A stretch of 64,000 nucleotides of DNA. Origin: Oscillatoria sp. FACHB-1406 (GTDB taxonomy: Bacteria; Cyanobacteriota; Cyanobacteriia; Cyanobacteriales; Spirulinaceae). The stretch spans positions 280,633-344,632 of the forward strand of contig NZ_JACJSM010000001.1 in assembly GCF_014698145.1 (NCBI RefSeq), written 5' to 3'. The translations under genes and the position numbers were made by a program. Within the stretch, counting starts at the first letter, position 1. Each line of letters starts with the position of its first letter. A model generated the notes under the pieces. It saw only the letters and a list, made by a program, of their open reading frames with translations, was not told where the DNA came from and searched no databases. Positions 40,078 to 50,974 of this stretch are shown piece by piece.

Positions 40078-40200
40078 AATTCGTAATTCGTAATTCGTAA
40101 TTCGTAATTATTCCCCCACGATTGAAGTCAACATAATTCGTAATTCGTAATTCGTAATTCGTAATTCGTAATTCGTAATTATTCCCCCACGATTGAAGTC
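40078..40200. repeat. tandem duplication of two units, each (AATTCGT)n plus ATTATTCCCCCACGATTGAAG. The second unit re-copies the first 8 nt of the upstream gene start (tcaacATaatt).
   Basis: Unit 1 carries 3 heptamers and unit 2 carries 6. The duplicated ATG-containing octamer is visible. Confidence 0.6.
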
Positions 40201-40343
40201 GTGGGTTTGTGACCTAAAATTATGAATTACATTTCAGAATTTCGGCAAGCTCAATGACCAGAGGCTCAATGACCGCGAATTACGAATTAATAATTATTCG
40301 ATCATTTTTGCAATCGGCTCGAACTTTGGGAAACCCGACGAGT

Positions 40344-41276
40344 TCAAAGCACTTGCGCTCTCAACCAAGCTACGGGAAGATACAACATTTTTTCGCTTTT
40401 GGGGACGAAAGCGCGTTTGGTAAAGACGTTGTAATCGTTGCGTTCGATGACATCGAGGATGCCTTGATACAACATTAACGCCGCCCAAACCGGCCAGCGC
40501 GCGTCGGGAGAGAGGGCGCGAATACCGCGCTCTGCATCGACGTAAAACTGGCGGGCGCGTTGGATTTGGAACCGCATGAAGTTGCGCCAGCGATCGTCTA
40601 CGATGCCTTTAAAGAGGTCGTCTTCGGTGTAGTTGAAGCGGGCGAGATCTTCGAGGGGAAGATAAATTCGCCCTCGTTGCGCGTCTTCGCCAACATCGCG
40701 CAGGATGTTGGTGAGTTGGTTGGCGATACCGAGCGCGATCGCTTCTTTTTCGGGAACGGCACTGGAGGCTGCGGGACGATACCAAGGGGCAGTTCCGTTG
40801 CCGCGATCGTAGCCCAATACGGGGCTGGTCATTAGCCCTACCGTTCCGGCTACCCGATAGCAGTACAACTCGAGTTCCTCGAAGGTTTCGTAACGGCTGC
40901 GATAGAGATCCATGCGCTGTCCGTCGATCATGTCCCGAAAGGGCTGAATCTCGATGGGGTAGCGCTCGATGCTATCGATTAGCGCGACATCGGCAGCTTC
41001 TAGGGGTTTCCCGGAAAAGACCGATTCGAGGTGTTCTTCCCAACGGTCTAGCGTTTCTGGAGTCGTTGAAGCTGCTTCGGGGCCATCGACTAACTCGTCG
41101 GTGCGCCGACACCAGTTATAAATGGCCCAGATCGCCCGACGTTTTTCCAGCGGCATCAAGAGTGTGCCTAGGTAGAACGTTTTGGAGTATTTCGCCGTGA
41201 TCTGACGGCAGTATTCGTAAGCCTCGTCTTTGGAGGCTAGTATGCTCATACGTTGAGTTTTAGGCAGTTGCAGCAT
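40344..41276 (-). CDS. crtB: 15-cis-phytoene synthase
   Basis: YEYCRQITAKYSKTFYLGTLLMPLEKRRAIWAIYNWCRRTDELVDG. The likely start is MSILAS. Confidence 0.9.
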   Translation of the reverse strand: MLQLPKTQRMSILASKDEAYEYCRQITAKYSKTFYLGTLLMPLEKRRAIWAIYNWCRRTDELVDGPEAASTTPETLDRWEEHLESVFSGKPLEAADVALIDSIERYPIEIQPFRDMIDGQRMDLYRSRYETFEELELYCYRVAGTVGLMTSPVLGYDRGNGTAPWYRPAASSAVPEKEAIALGIANQLTNILRDVGEDAQRGRIYLPLEDLARFNYTEDDLFKGIVDDRWRNFMRFQIQRARQFYVDAERGIRALSPDARWPVWAALMLYQGILDVIERNDYNVFTKRAFVPKSEKMLYLPVAWLRAQVL

Positions 41277-41526
41277 TCATCCACAGGCTCGTAAGTGGGT
41301 CTACTGGAGTCGCACGGTTTACGACCGTACCTCTAGATGTAGCCGTTAACCAAATAGAATTGTCTCATTTGATTCCAATTTTTGGGAATAATTACTTTGG
41401 CTTTTGCTAACGGCGGTTTACATCGTACCGCTACGCGGCATTCAAAATTCACGCTTTCAAAATTTAAAATGCTGTTTGGGAGAGCATTACAGCGATTTTG
41501 AAGCAGGAGTTTGAGTTGGGCGCGCG

Positions 41527-43002
<1,476 letters not shown>

Positions 43003-43086
43003 TTATTATACGTTGCATTTTGTTACATTCGGGGGGATGGGAGAGAAATTTAGCTTGCATCTTGAGTGCATAGGGAGACTTTAAGA

Positions 43087-43302
43087 ATGGAATGCTTATG
43101 CTGTAGAGCTAAGATGCGGCGCGGAACAGCCCCCTTTACAATTGACCGAAATGGCTACCATATTTCTTGGGATAATATTCCGGCATGGGTGTGCGACCAA
43201 TGTGGCGAAGTGATGTTTGAGGCACGCGAGGTCGATCTCATACAAGGAGCGCTTGCTAGTTTAGACCGCGAGACAGCTACACTAATTCGTAAATCCGCTT
43301 GA
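43087..43302 (+). CDS. YgiT/MqsA-type zinc-finger small protein (orphan antitoxin-like)
   Basis: CxxC...CxxC: MECLCCRAKMRRG...WVCDQCGEVMFEAREVD. Confidence 0.45.
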   Translation: MECLCCRAKMRRGTAPFTIDRNGYHISWDNIPAWVCDQCGEVMFEAREVDLIQGALASLDRETATLIRKSA

Positions 43303-43600
43303 ATAGCCCAAATCAAACAGACGACCACCCGATTGGCAAAATGCGATCGCTGTTCTGTTTTTAGCCGAACTGCAAGACTAGCAACAATGGGACACCCGTT
43401 TTGCTGCCATGACGGACAAGTAAGGCGATCGGATAGCTGCAATGGTACGTCACGAAATCGCAGCCGGTGAAACTTTAAAAAGCTTGCTGGAAGTCGTTTC
43501 TGCGTTTCCTCATCTATTCCTTCCTAACAACTAGACAATTGTTTTTAATAGCTTTTTTATTGCGAAAATCTACCTTTCCCTTCACACCAGCAATTGAAGC

Positions 43601-44299
43601 TTATGAAGATTGCTTTGCACTCTTAAAGTTCAATTCGGTCGCAAACAGTTGTGCAACCATTTCTGTACGCGACGAAACTTTAAGTTTACGAAACATTCGC
43701 TTTAAGGCCTGCTTGACAGAATTCTCGGTAATCCAAAGTTCGTTTCCAATCTCTGCGTTGGTTCTCCCCGAAGCAACCAAGTCGGCAATTTGTAATTCGC
43801 GCGGCGTTAAGCGATCGCGACTCAACGGTGGCTGCAAAGGTTTTAAAGTGGCGCTGCGTGCCGTCCAAGCGGATAAATGCAAGCAAATCGCACTTAGATC
43901 GGCTAAATCTTGGCTATTAAAGGCAGGCATCGATTTTTCGCGGGTACATCCCACAGAACCGACGATTTGACCGCGATCGACGATGGGCCCTGCCATAACG
44001 TGCCAATGATCCGGACGCGGACAGATTAATTTCCAACTTTTGTGTGTCGTTACCAATTCTTCGTGGACGGGAGTATGACGTTCGGCAATGTAACGCGCCA
44101 CGGGATTATGTTCTAGAGATAGGGCAAGGTTGAGAATGGGCTGAAACTTGCGATCGCCGAGTAGCCGATCGAAGAAAAAGACTCCCGATCGCTTAGCCGC
44201 GAAGTATTCCCCAATTTTTGGCGCAAGGTGCGATCGCAAATCATTTTCATCCTTCGCCTGATGGATTTCTTCAAATAAAAGCTTTAAGGAAATGGTCAT
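43601..44299 (-). CDS. LuxR-family transcriptional regulator with an N-terminal GAF-like sensor domain
   Basis: C-terminal HTH LTPRELQIADLVASGRTNAEIGNELWITENSVKQALKRMFRKLKV. Confidence 0.75.
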   Translation of the reverse strand: MTISLKLLFEEIHQAKDENDLRSHLAPKIGEYFAAKRSGVFFFDRLLGDRKFQPILNLALSLEHNPVARYIAERHTPVHEELVTTHKSWKLICPRPDHWHVMAGPIVDRGQIVGSVGCTREKSMPAFNSQDLADLSAICLHLSAWTARSATLKPLQPPLSRDRLTPRELQIADLVASGRTNAEIGNELWITENSVKQALKRMFRKLKVSSRTEMVAQLFATELNFKSAKQSS

Positions 44300-44344
44300 G
44301 GTGATGAAAAGAGTACCCGATCGAGGACTATGCGGGCTAGGCTG

Positions 44345-44366
44345 CTATCCCTAATATCAAGGATAG
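44345..44366. promoter_or_regulatory. palindrome CTATCC-N10-GGATAG in the divergent LuxR/DJ-1 intergenic region (candidate LuxR-type box)
   Basis: gCTATCCctaatatcaaGGATAGt. Confidence 0.3.
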
Positions 44367-44395
44367 TTCATTCGCGATGCTCGCAAGGAAATTAA

Positions 44396-45076
44396 TTGAT
44401 GACTCACTCACAAAAACACATCATTGGTTTAGTTTTTTATCCCGGCATGACTTCACTGGATATCGTGGGGCCGCAACAAGTTTTTAGTGCGCTGCCCGGT
44501 GTCCAAATTCATCGGATCTGGAAAACACTAGACCCTATTAAAACTGATGATGGCATGATAGTTTTGCCGGATACCACCTTTGAAAATTGCCCCTCTTTAG
44601 ATGTAGTTTGTATCGGCGGCGGCTTAAAACAGCAGGCAATTGTAGACGATCCAGAGGTGCTTGAATTTTTCCAAAAACAAGGCAAGACTGCAAAGTTTAT
44701 CACCTCGGTCTGTGGCGGGTCGGAATTTTTGGCGAAAGCGGGTTTGCTGGAGGGATATCGAGCGGCAACGCACTGGGCAATGCGTCAACAATTGATGTCA
44801 CATTTAGGCGTTGAAGTTGGAACCGAGCGCGTTGTTGTCGATCGCAATCGCATTACGGGGGGAGGTGTAACCGCCGGGATTGACTTCGGTTTAACGATCG
44901 CGAGTATCCTTTACGGTGAGGACACCGCCAAGATTATTCAATTATTACTAGAATACAATCCCGCCCCTCCCTTCGATGCCGGTTCGCCGGAAAAAGCGGG
45001 TTCTGAGTTGGTGAACAAAGCCATGTTATTTATACAGGAAATGTCTGATTTAGAACTTGCAAGCTCGGTAGCCTGA
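44396..45076 (+). CDS. DJ-1/PfpI (ThiJ) family protein
   Basis: Nucleophile elbow SVCGGSEFLA, class-I glutamine-amidotransferase-like fold. Confidence 0.85.
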   Translation: MMTHSQKHIIGLVFYPGMTSLDIVGPQQVFSALPGVQIHRIWKTLDPIKTDDGMIVLPDTTFENCPSLDVVCIGGGLKQQAIVDDPEVLEFFQKQGKTAKFITSVCGGSEFLAKAGLLEGYRAATHWAMRQQLMSHLGVEVGTERVVVDRNRITGGGVTAGIDFGLTIASILYGEDTAKIIQLLLEYNPAPPFDAGSPEKAGSELVNKAMLFIQEMSDLELASSVA

Positions 45077-45180
45077 CACAACAACAATTTCGGGGGGATG
45101 TTTCTTACAACTTGGTTCGCGCTGTATCGCGTGAGGGGCTTACAAAGTCAACTACTATTGCTCGATATTAGGAGAAACTT

Positions 45181-45498
45181 ATGACAATTTCAACTCAAAA
45201 AGATATTCGCGTCAAAATCATTTCTAGAATTTGGGCTTATGCAACCGTAATGTTCTTTATCGATTTCGCATTCCTCGGTCAGGTACAAGAGCGGAAGATG
45301 CTCTTTTTACCCGCAACCATTGTATTCGGTGCAGCAACTAGCACAATTGTTGTTTTGAGAAAGTTGCGCGATCGCCCAGATAACATTCTATTCCCATCCG
45401 AAACCTTAAAGGAACTTCAACAACGCATAGAGAATTTAGAGGCGATCGCTGTAAGTGACGCTTCTCCGTCAAAGTTGTATGAGTTGCACGATTGCTAG
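45181..45498 (+). CDS. hypothetical small membrane protein
   Basis: Two hydrophobic helices. Followed by the hairpin repeat at 45548-45577 plus a T-rich tract, which looks terminator-like. Confidence 0.3.
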   Translation: MTISTQKDIRVKIISRIWAYATVMFFIDFAFLGQVQERKMLFLPATIVFGAATSTIVVLRKLRDRPDNILFPSETLKELQQRIENLEAIAVSDASPSKLYELHDC

Positions 45499-45612
45499 AA
45501 GATTTACTAGCTAAACATCATTAATGTGAAATTGTATAGAATCAAAAGTAGGGTGCGTTAGCGAAGCGTAACGCACCATTATTTTAACCTAAAATTGAGG
45601 GGAGTCGATGCT

Positions 45613-45756
45613 GTGAAACGTAATATTCAAGCGGAGGGTAGCGAATTTTTACCGCAAGAGAAGTATAAAAGAGCTAAAATCTTACAGTGGCAGTTTTTTG
45701 AACAGTATAGCCATGAACCTTATCGAAAAATTGGGTTTAAAACCCCGTGCTTCTAG
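45613..45756 (+). pseudogene. remnant of the C-terminal end of a glutathione S-transferase gene
   Basis: Translation ...LPQEKYKRAKILQWQFFEQYSHEPY... matches the GST C-terminal helix pattern. There is no N-terminal thioredoxin-like domain in any frame. Confidence 0.3.
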
Positions 45757-45943
45757 CACGGCTTTTTGCAACAGCGAGGTACATCAATAAATACTTAGGA
45801 TTGCCGAAAATAAAGATGGCAAGAGAAAACGCATAACAAGCGCGATGCACCGGAAAATAGGAATACATCGATACTATTGATGCGGGTGGGGGAGCGATGC
45901 GTTGATTTTGTTAGATTCCGAGAGCGGGAGCCGATAAATTTGC

Positions 45944-46669
45944 TTGACTGCCGCGAAGATATCGTCTGTAACGCGATCGCGGTCATCAATGCGCTACACT
46001 CAATGCAGGATGTCAGCCCGAATGAAGTGCGAGGCGAGAAGTGGATTCAAGTCCCCCATGTTCCAATTGTCCATCGCTGAAATGACCCAAACCTTAGATA
46101 AGCCTAAAGATCAACGACTGATTCATGTTGGTCTTAACTGGGAACAATTTAAATTCATCCAGAAAGGGTTTTCGGCTTCCCCAGGAATCCATTTGTTTTA
46201 TTACGAAGGAGAAGTCGAAATTTTGTCGGTTTCACAAGACCATGAATTTTTCAGTCGGCTACTGTCGGCATTGCTTTTTATTTATTGTCTCGAAAAAAGA
46301 ATTCCCTTCGCACCAACCGGTAGTTTCAGCCAAGAAAAAGAAGGTGTCGCGTCCGTCCAAGCGGATGAATCCTACTTTATTGGCAGAAATCGAACGGCAG
46401 ACTCGCCCCCAAATCTCTCCATCGAAGTTGTTTTTAGTAGTGGTAATGAAAAGAAGCTTTCTCGCTATCAAGCGCTAGAAGTTCCTGAAGTCTGGTTTTG
46501 GGAAGATGGGTTATTTAGCTTCTATCATCTCCGCGAATTCGGTTATCAACGAATTGCGCGTTCCGAAGTTTTACCCGAACTAAATATTAATCTTTTGACT
46601 CGCTGCTTGTTAATGAGTGATACCCTCGAAGCAGCTTCAGCTTTCCGACAAGGAATTTTAGAAAATTAA
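45944..46669 (+). CDS. Uma2-family (DUF820) putative endonuclease, second copy
   Basis: ...IHLFYYEGEVEILSVSQDHEF...SIEVVFSSGNEKKLSRYQALEVPEVWFWE... The likely start is MTQTLDK near 46085. Confidence 0.65.
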   Translation: MTAAKISSVTRSRSSMRYTQCRMSARMKCEARSGFKSPMFQLSIAEMTQTLDKPKDQRLIHVGLNWEQFKFIQKGFSASPGIHLFYYEGEVEILSVSQDHEFFSRLLSALLFIYCLEKRIPFAPTGSFSQEKEGVASVQADESYFIGRNRTADSPPNLSIEVVFSSGNEKKLSRYQALEVPEVWFWEDGLFSFYHLREFGYQRIARSEVLPELNINLLTRCLLMSDTLEAASAFRQGILEN

Positions 46670-46728
46670 AGCATTTGGGCGCAACCTTATTGCTTCGATA
46701 ACTATTCACGATTCACGATTCACTAAAC

Positions 46729-48447
46729 ATGGTATTACGCCTCGAACATATCAGTAAAATTTATCCCACTGGCGAAGTTCTCAAAGATGTTACTTGGGAA
46801 GTAAAAACCGGCGATCGCATCGGCTTAGTCGGTGCGAATGGTGCTGGAAAAACAACCCAACTGAAAATGATTATGGGGGAAGAAGAACCGACCAGCGGTG
46901 AAATTGTTCGCCCTTCTAACCTTCATATTGGCTACCTCACGCAAGAATTTGATGTCGAACCTACTCGCATCGTTCGTGAAGAATTTTGGACGGCATTTGA
47001 AGAAGCGAACGCCGTCCATCAAAACATCCTAAAAATCTCCCACGAGATGGGAACAGTTGAAGGGGAAAAGCTCGATCGCTTAATTGAAAAACTGGATCGC
47101 CTACAACGCAAATTTGAAGCCCTAGACGGCTATACCCTCGAATCGCAAATCGAGAAAATCCTCCCCGAAGTTGGCTTTAAACCGGAAGACGGCGATCGCC
47201 TCGTCAGTTCCTTTAGTGGCGGCTGGCAAATGCGAATGAGTTTGGGCAAAATTCTGCTTAAAGAACCCGATATTCTCCTGCTCGACGAACCGACGAACCA
47301 TCTCGATCTCGAAACGATTGAATGGCTCGAAAATTACCTTAAAAACTTGAAAACGCCGATGGTCATTATCTCGCACGATCGCGAGTTTCTCGACCGCCTC
47401 TGCACTCAAATCGTCGAAACCGAACGCGGCATTTCTACGACCTATCTCGGCAACTATTCTGCCTACCTCGAACAAAAAGCTGAAGGTAAAGACGCGCAAC
47501 TCGCCGCCTACGAACGGCAACAAAAAGAACTCGAAAAACAGCAAGCTTTTGTCGAGCGGTTCCGCGCCAGCGCTACCCGCAGCACCCAAGCTAAAAGCCG
47601 CGAAAAACAACTCGAAAAAATCGAACGCATTGAAGCACCGATTAGCGATTTAAGAGGTCTGCGTTTTGAATTTCCTCCCTGTCCGCGCGGCGGTCGAGAA
47701 GTTGTTATCATCGAAGATTTAGTTCATACTTATAACGAAGAGATTTTGTTTTTAGGTGCGAATCTTTTCATCGAACGCGGCGATCGCGTGGCATTTCTCG
47801 GCCCCAACGGTTGCGGTAAATCAACCTTATTGCGCCTTATTCTCGGTACTGAAAAACCTGATGAAGGGATTGCAAAATTCGGCGACCATAACATCTTACC
47901 TGGTTATTTCGAGCAAAACCAAGCCGAAGCTCTCGACCTCGATAAAACCGTTTTTGAAACCATTCAAGGCGACGTACCCGAATGGACAAATGAAGAAATT
48001 CGCAATCTTTTAGGGCGCTTTCTCTTTAGCGGCGATACAGTTTTTAAGAAAGTCGAAGCGCTCAGCGGCGGCGAAAAAGCACGGCTTGCTCTCGCTCATT
48101 TCTTGCTACATCCCACCAACGTTTTACTGCTAGACGAACCGACTAATCACCTCGATATTCCCGCAAAAGAAATGTTGGAAGAAGCTTTAAATCGTTACGA
48201 AGGAACCCTTTTGCTTGTCTCCCACGATCGCTACTTTATCTCTAAAGTTGCGAATAAAATTGTTGAGGTTCGCAATGGAGAACTCATTCTCTATCGCGGT
48301 GATTATCACTACTATTTAAGCAAGCTGGAGGAAGAAAAGGAGAAAGAACGGCAGCGGATTGAAGCGGCGAAGAAAGCGGCGAAGCAAGCGGAGAAAGCTG
48401 CTAAACAAAAGGAGAAGCAGAAGCAAAAGAAAACAAAAGTCAAGTAA
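46729..48447 (+). CDS. ABC-F family ATPase (EttA/Uup-like translation factor) with a Lys-rich C-terminal tail
   Basis: Two ABC domains (GANGAGKTT / LSGGWQMR, GPNGCGKST / LSGGEKARL), no TM domain, and a C-terminal KKAAKQAEKAAKQKEKQKQKK. Confidence 0.9.
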   Translation: MVLRLEHISKIYPTGEVLKDVTWEVKTGDRIGLVGANGAGKTTQLKMIMGEEEPTSGEIVRPSNLHIGYLTQEFDVEPTRIVREEFWTAFEEANAVHQNILKISHEMGTVEGEKLDRLIEKLDRLQRKFEALDGYTLESQIEKILPEVGFKPEDGDRLVSSFSGGWQMRMSLGKILLKEPDILLLDEPTNHLDLETIEWLENYLKNLKTPMVIISHDREFLDRLCTQIVETERGISTTYLGNYSAYLEQKAEGKDAQLAAYERQQKELEKQQAFVERFRASATRSTQAKSREKQLEKIERIEAPISDLRGLRFEFPPCPRGGREVVIIEDLVHTYNEEILFLGANLFIERGDRVAFLGPNGCGKSTLLRLILGTEKPDEGIAKFGDHNILPGYFEQNQAEALDLDKTVFETIQGDVPEWTNEEIRNLLGRFLFSGDTVFKKVEALSGGEKARLALAHFLLHPTNVLLLDEPTNHLDIPAKEMLEEALNRYEGTLLLVSHDRYFISKVANKIVEVRNGELILYRGDYHYYLSKLEEEKEKERQRIEAAKKAAKQAEKAAKQKEKQKQKKTKVK

Positions 48448-48553
48448 TGACTTATTCAAAGAGATCGGGTAGGGTGGGCAGCGCCCACCAGCCAGGACTT
48501 CGGGGCATTTAGAAACGGATGTTCGCGTTTCGAGTAGGGCTATCCTCTACAAA

Positions 48554-49537
48554 CTACGATCGCGCCATTTCCGATCGCGCCGCATAAACCGCTCGTACAT
48601 TGTACCAGTTCAGAAAGATGCGCGCGACTTCGAGGGCAAGTTGGGGTTTTCCGCGATCGATTAACCATTGTAAAAAGGGCGCAAGCGTCCGTTCGTTCAA
48701 CGTTCCCCCGAGGGAAAGAACGCCCCACAAAACCCGATGAATCCAAGTCATTTGAATCATCATTCGCACGTCCCAAGTTGGGTGTTTTTGATAAAATAAA
48801 ATACCCATTCGTCCCCGTTCTTCCTCTTTTTTAACGAGGGAAGGAAGTTGATCGAGGCGGAAGGGAGGATGCCAATGATAGCCGACAGCTTCGGGACATT
48901 TAATCAGTTTTAATCCCAATTGTTTGAGGCGAACGCCGAGTTCTAAGTCTTCCCAACCGTAGAGTTGAAAGCGCGTATCGAATAGTCCCGCTTCTAATAG
49001 CCAGTGGCGCGCGATCGCAACATTTCCCGTAGCAAAATACGCGGCTGAAAAATCGGTAATTTTGTAGGGTTCCGAAGTCGGATTCTCGAAGTTACAAGTA
49101 TTAATAACCGCACCGTAAGTAAAGATGCGATTATTGCCTTGTTCGCGTTCTCCTTTAACCAAAGCATCGGTATGAGCTTGCAGGAAATTTTCAGTAACAA
49201 CGAGGTCGCTATCAATAAAAATAATGGTATCTCCCGTTGCTCGTTCGACCCCTAAATTTCTCGCTGCCGCAGGGCCGCAATGTTCCTGCTCGAACAGTTT
49301 TAGGTGAGGAAATCGTTCGGGATTTGCCTTTAACCAATCTAAGGTTCCATCGGTCGAACCATCATCAACAACGATGATTTCATAGCCCTCTAAAGCGCTA
49401 TTTTGGGCGAGCCGTTGAGTTTCGAGCGCATCGAGGCACTTTTCTAAAATTGGCTTGCGGTTATAGGTAGGAATGACAATACTAAAAAACACGATTAAAT
49501 TATGAATTATGAGTTTGGTAGGGTGGGCATCGCCCAC
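48554..49537 (-). CDS. family 2 glycosyltransferase
   Basis: SIVIPTYNRKPILEKCLDAL ... VVDDGSTDGT ... DSD motif. Confidence 0.8.
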   Translation of the reverse strand: MGDAHPTKLIIHNLIVFFSIVIPTYNRKPILEKCLDALETQRLAQNSALEGYEIIVVDDGSTDGTLDWLKANPERFPHLKLFEQEHCGPAAARNLGVERATGDTIIFIDSDLVVTENFLQAHTDALVKGEREQGNNRIFTYGAVINTCNFENPTSEPYKITDFSAAYFATGNVAIARHWLLEAGLFDTRFQLYGWEDLELGVRLKQLGLKLIKCPEAVGYHWHPPFRLDQLPSLVKKEEERGRMGILFYQKHPTWDVRMMIQMTWIHRVLWGVLSLGGTLNERTLAPFLQWLIDRGKPQLALEVARIFLNWYNVRAVYAARSEMARS

Positions 49538-49690
49538 CAGTTAAGACTTTCAGCTTTTAGCACCGCTCCTTATCGGGCAAGTAATGCTATACACAAGGGA
49601 CACAAAGTTTTTTATGTAAGATTTATTTGCCAGATTTCATCCGATCGAGAATCAAAATGGCGGGCAATGCCCGCCCTACTCTGCAAACTT

Positions 49691-50671
49691 TTATCGAACG
49701 AGGGAAGAATGACCGAGGGCTAAACCGGCGACTAACATTCCTAATACGAGGAAAGGTTGAGCGCTGGCTTGATATTTCACGTCATTTTTAAGCGGATCGC
49801 GTAGGAAATACATATCTTGGAAGGTGATTTGCGGGATAATCAGCAATAACAAAATAGTGGCGTAGAGATTTTGTTTGATGCTAATTAAATAACCGGCAAC
49901 GCCAGCTTGAAATAAATCGATCGCGAGAACGCAAATCCAAGCCGCTGTCGTAATCCCAAACATCACCGGCAACGATTTTAATCCCAATTGGCGATCGCCT
50001 TCCACGCTCTTAAAGTCATTGACGATCGCAATTCCCAAACCAGCAAAGCTATAAAAGAGCGTCAGCACCACAATCGTCCAGTTTAACTGCCCGAACAGCG
50101 CATGGCCCGCCCACCACGGCAACGCGATATAACTAGCACCAAGCGCATAATTACCCAACCAACCGTTTTGTTTCAACTTCAGCGGTGGCGCGGAATAAAT
50201 ATAAGCGATGAACGTTCCGCCCAACGTCAGCGCTAACATCATCGGAAAATCGTGACCCGCCCAAACATCTAAAAGATAGGAAATTCCCAAACCCGCAAAT
50301 AGAAGAACGAGGATTTGAGAGACAACTTGGGGGACGGAAATTGCACCGGAGGGAATGGGACGATAAGGTTCGTTAATTGCGTCGATTTCGCGATCGTAGA
50401 AGTCATTTAAAGTTTGAGTATATCCCGTCATTAACGGCCCGGAAAGAAGCATACAAGTTGCCGCTTTGAGGATATCTTCGAGCGTCCAACTGTAACCGCC
50501 AGAAGAAGCCGCACCGCACACTACGCCCCAAATTAAGGGAATCCAAGTAATCGGCTTCATCAATTGCAGCCGGATTTTCCAAATATTGCTTTCTCCGCTC
50601 GCAGCCCCTTTCATCCCTAAGAGTTGTCGGGTTTTGGAACTGTTTGATGTGGGTTCGAGTTCTTGAGTCAT
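49691..50671 (-). CDS. chlG: chlorophyll a synthase (UbiA prenyltransferase family)
   Basis: IWKIRLQLMKPITWIPLIWGVVCGAASSG ... NDFYDREIDAINEPYRPIPSGAIS. Confidence 0.85.
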   Translation of the reverse strand: MTQELEPTSNSSKTRQLLGMKGAASGESNIWKIRLQLMKPITWIPLIWGVVCGAASSGGYSWTLEDILKAATCMLLSGPLMTGYTQTLNDFYDREIDAINEPYRPIPSGAISVPQVVSQILVLLFAGLGISYLLDVWAGHDFPMMLALTLGGTFIAYIYSAPPLKLKQNGWLGNYALGASYIALPWWAGHALFGQLNWTIVVLTLFYSFAGLGIAIVNDFKSVEGDRQLGLKSLPVMFGITTAAWICVLAIDLFQAGVAGYLISIKQNLYATILLLLIIPQITFQDMYFLRDPLKNDVKYQASAQPFLVLGMLVAGLALGHSSLVR

Positions 50672-50751
50672 TGATGATTTTTAATTTTAAACTTTGGATT
50701 ATAACGGGTGCTGTGCTGTTAAATTTGGCACGCCAACATTGAATTTTGTAG

Positions 50752-50965
50752 AAGCATAGCACTGTTCATTGGTGTCAACTTAAGCACGAGTGTTTGTTAT
50801 AGCGTCATCCCAGCCCTCACCCCCCCGACCCCCCTCTCCCAATTTTGGGCGAGGGGGGAGAAGAATTCTCTGTTGCTCCCCTCTCCCACCGGTTGGGAGA
50901 GGGGCTGGGGGTGAGGGCGATTCCGCTTTCTGAGTGGGTTTCACGTTAAGTTGACACTAATGCCC
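50752..50965. repeat. MITE family C copy 2 (inverted relative to 16075-16302, with degenerate termini)
   Basis: Interior is the near-exact reverse complement of the 16100-16290 copy. The left TIR has 3 mismatches and the right TIR is truncated. Confidence 0.55.
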
Positions 50966-50974
50966 CCTATTAAT

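Noticed and set aside
40254-40488. ORFs of 74 and 64 aa overlapping the 3' end of crtB
   Set aside because: They lie inside or across the crtB coding region and its terminator. crtB homology is unambiguous on the minus strand.
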